Source: the human T2T-CHM13v2.0 reference genome, Homo sapiens | NCBI RefSeq assembly: GCF_009914755.1 | Contig: NC_060943.1 | Strand: one strand, 5' to 3' | Length of the DNA: 64,000 nt | Shown here: piece after piece, positions 59,810 through 64,000 of the stretch | Numbering within the stretch: the stretch's first letter is position 1 | How the letters are laid out: each line of letters opens with the position of its first letter | Made by a program: the position numbers and the translations under genes | The notes under the pieces: generated by a model | The model's database searches: none | What the model was told of the DNA's origin: nothing | The model's input: the letters and a program-made list of their open reading frames with translations, nothing else

Positions 59810-61465
59810 AGGGGGTGGCGGGGGGGGCACGCGGAAGAGACTCCGAAGCCAAGGGTGAGAGTCCTGCCTTCCTGCCTCCGCAGCCCACTTTCCAAAAGCA
59901 GAGGTTGGGCAGCAAAGTTTCTTAACAAAGTCAGAAAAAATAATATCCAGACCAGGCAGGCTAATAAAGTTTACCAGGATTATCCGGCCTAATCACCGAA
60001 ACAGCCCTGCCATATTCGTCCTCTGGGACAGGTGAGGAAACTGAGGTTGGAGGAGGACACCGGGAGCCTGGCCGGGCCACTGGCAGCCTGGAGCCCCAGA
60101 GGTCCGGGCATTCACCGCCCTCCAACACCCCGCCCCCCGCCCCCAACCCCCGCCCCTTCTTCCCGGCCTCAGGTGACTTCATTCCCAGCTCATTCACTTG
60201 TCAATAATTCAGGCCCGCGGGGCCACCAGCCCTCCCTCAAGCCCCCCCACACTCATCAGGTGACGACCTCCCTGTGTGTGGCTGCCAGGCTGGGGGTGGG
60301 GGTGTCTGTGCTTCCCTCGCCCAATCTGAGAGTGGCCTGTTCCAGGGGGCGGGCTTCCTCTTTGTTTGGCAGCCAGGAGTCTGGAGCGCAGGTGCCGGGC
60401 AGGCAGCACTGGGAGCGCTCGGCGACTTGGCTGGAGGCCGAAGGTGCCGCCCCTGGGGAACCAGAGCGCCTTTGCAAGGTGGGCTCGGCGTACACTCCCC
60501 TATCCTTCTGTGGCCCCCGGGCCCCTCCTAGAAGACCGTCCTCATCTCCGAGGACTTTGACCGCCAGCAGCCCCACACCCGCTCCCTCTGCCTGGCGTTG
60601 GGTGCGCACTTCTAGGGGCAGACGGATCTAAGGAGCCCAGCGGGCTTGACAGGCAGTGGGGCCTCCAGAGACTGTCACCGCGTTATGCTGGCCACTGCCG
60701 GGCAGGGGCTGGTCTTAGCTGACACCCTCACCTCCGCCCTCCAGATTCCAGCCTCTGACTCTGGCCAATCTGGCCAGGACCTGGGGTCTGGGGCCGGGAC
60801 AGTGGACGCCCCTGGGCCGGGCTACCAGCTGGGGCCTCGCACTTGGATGGGGACCTTAAGGCTCCAGGCGCCACACACACCAGTGCGCCCTCTCTGGCCG
60901 TGAATTTCAGGGAGGGGCGGCAGCAGAGCCCGCGGGCTGGCCTGGTGGGGACGATCACCTTTTCCCACCTAGTCGCCCTTGCCAGTCCCCGCGTCGCCTG
61001 CAGGGCCGCCCCTCCTCCGCCCGCTGGTCCCTCCCCACCCGCAGCTCTCCAGTCCCGCGCGGCTCGGTGGCCAGGGCTCCAAGGCGGGGCCGCCCACGAC
61101 AGCCACTGGCAGGGATAGCGGGGGCAAATTTCCCAGAGCGGGAAGCCTGCCCCAGCCGGCCCTACGGCAAAGATGGCTCTGAATCCGAGCCCCCGACACC
61201 CGGCCCAACCCACCCCTACAGCACCCTGCGTGGCTGGCTGCCAGCCCGTCGGGTACCTGCTCGGTCCCTCGAGCTGGGGGCCCCGGCAGGGCGGGAGCGA
61301 TCCAAGGCCACCGCGCGGGGCCAGAGCCCAAACCCCAATCCCAGACCGCAGGGACCCCGCCCACCAGGTACCGAGACAGGACGGCCTGGCAGGTGGCTGG
61401 GGACCGGGGTGTGTACCTGTGGGGGGGTCAAACAACTGGTCAAAAGTGGCTTTTTGATTTCCCAA
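59810..61465. promoter_or_regulatory. Orphan CpG island, about 1.6 kb
   Basis: Very GC-rich with many CpGs and multiple GGGCGG boxes; abrupt switch to AT-rich DNA at about 61470. Confidence 0.75.
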
Positions 61466-61649
61466 AGGTAAAGGCTCCTTCGTAATTATGTTTTTTTTTC
61501 TTATTTACTTAAAACGGATATAATCTAGTTAGATTTACCCATAATTCTGTCAGTAAATTCGAGCACACTTTTATTAATTTTTCTCAGTTTAACTAGTTCT
61601 TTTGTTTGTTTCTATGTTAAGAATTTTAAATTCTACCTGTAATTAGTAG

Positions 61650-62263
61650 TGTGAATTCAAAAGTATCTGAGACAGGTCTCAATTTAGAAAGTTTATTTTG
61701 CCATGGTTAAGGACACACCTGTGACACAGCCTCAGGAGGTCTTGACAACATGTGACCAAGGTGGTTGGGGCACAGCTTGGTTTTATACATTTTAGGGAGA
61801 CAGGAGACATCAATCAATATATGTAACATGTACATTGTCCAGAAAGGTGGGACAACGTGAAGCTGGGTGGCAGCTTCCAGGTCATAGGTAGCTAAAGGAC
61901 AAATGGCTGATTTTTGTTTTTTTTGTTTTTTTTTTTCTTTTTTTTTAGTTTCTGATTAGCCTTTCACTGAATATGCAATTTACAGCGATAGTCACTTATG
62001 CGTTAGTCTGGCTTAGTGAAACAATAGCGCAAAGAAAGCAATCAGATATGCATTTGTCTCAGGTGAGCAGAGGGGTAATTTTTGAGTTCTGTCTGTCCTT
62101 TGTACACAGGGATTTTTTTTGTGGGCAAATTGTGAGGGTTGTCTGTAGCCTTTTTCTCTTCATAGTTATCTTATTTGGAAATAGAATGGGAGGCAAGTTC
62201 CCAGATTGGCTTTTCCTTTTGGCCTGGTGATTTGGGGGTCCAGAGATTCATTTTCCTTTCATA
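61650..62263 (-). mobile_element. MER4A-like LTR (3' LTR of a provirus)
   Basis: Minus strand begins tatgaaaggaaaatgaatctctggacccccaaatcac and ends ...ttcaca; polypurine tract immediately upstream (62264-62282). Confidence 0.8.
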
Positions 62264-64000
62264 TTTCTTCCCTTTTCTTTTTAAAATCTTTCAGAGAAAG
62301 CATTTTAGAAAAAAATAAGTCATTGGTTTCAGATTTTGCCTGATCTCTTACGGCTAGAACAGTTTATTCCGAGAAGGGTAGGTCCCACATTATTAGGAAA
62401 GATCATTTTTAGCAGGTTGTGAAGTCTCACATCCTTCAAAGAGAAGCAGGGAAAGGAAGAAAGAAAAACAATAAAAACAAAAAAAGCAAGAATAATTTTG
62501 GAAAATCAATATAGGTCATATTACTCTGAAGTCTTTACATCAATAGGCAGGTATAAAGGTAGTTTATGTATTTAAATAAGTTGTTTTCTTTTTTTCGAAG
62601 TTTAAGTTTGTCTGGCTTCAGTTTGCAGGGCTTTAAGAAAGCACAACTTAGGTTTTAGTTATTTGAAATCAGAAAAAAAAATGAAAAAAGAAACAAAAAA
62701 AGGAAAAAAATGTTTGAGACTTGTAGCCAGGGACATTGTAGAATTTAGTCCAAACTGTAAAAAGTAATAAAAATTGCAAAAAAAATCAGTTAAGACCAGA
62801 AACTAACTACAGGTGTACTAGAGTTTATTCTGACACAGAATTTTTCTCTCTTTAGTCCCATTTTCACTAAAGACAAATCATAGGACGAACTCACTTGTAA
62901 AATAAGTTTTAGTCTTATTATACTTAGCCAGAGAATTTGAATCAAGTCAGCAAGAATAATTATTTCCCTTATAGGCTCCACTTTTTTTCTTATATTGGCC
63001 TTGCTGGAACTTTATTTTATTATGGAAGCTCCGATTCAACTTCAATGTCTTAAGCCCATCGTGTGCCTGCAAATACCTGTATTAGTGGGGTGAATATCTC
63101 ACCTCATTTAAAGAATTTAAAATTGTATTAGTCTTCTTCAGGCTTCAGAAGCAATGCTAGGCTTCTGACCAATACATAAGCTCATGTGGGCTAAGCATCT
63201 ACATGGAGAGTAAACACCCATCAGTCATGAGAAACTTCAAATAAGACAGGGCGTATGCTATAGAACTTCTCAAAACTTGGGAATCTGACCAATTCTCTGT
63301 GTTTCAGAACATCCTGAGACACAAACTAAAAGATTAAGCATTATTGACTAAATCTTGAAGGCTGCACATTTGAATGCTAGCTGACAATGTCAGCCACTGG
63401 CCCGATAATGTAAGCTGGCAGCCTCCTACTGCTCTCTTGAAGTCTCACCTGTAGAGTAGATGCACTACCCAGGGATTCTTCTAACTGGAACTCCAGATGG
63501 CTGTTTTTTGGAACTTCCCAGCACTGCTTGATCTGGATGTAGGTATCCTCCCGAACTTGGTGAATATATATGTGTATATACGTACATATTTTCCTTTTCT
63601 CCCACTTTAGCCTTTGCTAAGTTTACCATTATACTGTTTTACTACATTAATCATTAAACTTTTCTCCTAACTGCATTTGAGTGTAATATTGTGGTTTCTT
63701 TTGCTCATGAATCCTCAAACCTATGATGAAAGTAAATCTTTCAGCAAAACACCCCCAGGTTACAAAAAACTTGGGCTCCTTGGCCTGTCAGAAAGTGGAA
63801 TTCTTTACTTACCACAGGTAAGGAACCTGCACAGGAACTGTGTAGAAGAGGTGTAAGGCCAGCTTGTTCGAAGAGCTTATATTATTTCTATAAGCCAACT
63901 ATGATACCTTAAAGGGGTCTGTATCTGAAAGCATGCCATTCCAGGCAATACCTTGGTAAAACAACCAGTGTCTCCAATTGTGTTCTGTTACAAAAAAAAA
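62264..64000 (-). mobile_element. MER4-group ERV internal sequence, probably interrupted by another LTR-like insert (about 63110-63745)
   Basis: Adjoins the PPT and LTR; non-coding; resembles MER4-int (recall). Confidence 0.55.

Noticed and set aside
60032-61471. Long overlapping Pro/Gly/Arg/Ala-rich ORFs (up to 245 aa)
   Set aside because: Expected from scarce stop codons in GC-rich DNA; open in several frames on both strands; no homology recognised

Overview
Human (or closely related ape) euchromatin, rich in Alu, L1 and LTR repeats, from a KRAB zinc-finger cluster, most likely 19p12. The one intact gene is on the minus strand: a four-coding-exon KRAB-C2H2 gene (54845-54816, 36156-36030, 35527-35432, 25613-24148; 1719 nt, 572 aa, 13 intact fingers) that I recognise as ZNF98. 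Other content: a full-length RPL34 retrocopy with an open ORF; a small HSPA8 3'UTR retrocopy in intron 1 whose poly(A) signal is in the gene's sense; a full-length L1PA with a triplicated 3' end; a rearranged L1 in intron 1; over 40 Alus; several LTRs; an unexplained GC-rich block with a CpG island 5-6.5 kb upstream; and the 3' end of a MER4-type ERV. I found no convincing wholly new biological system. The best leads are the L1 triplication, the intronic HSPA8 poly(A) cassette and the orphan CpG island. Gene and repeat-family names come from recall, not database searches, and repeat boundaries are approximate.
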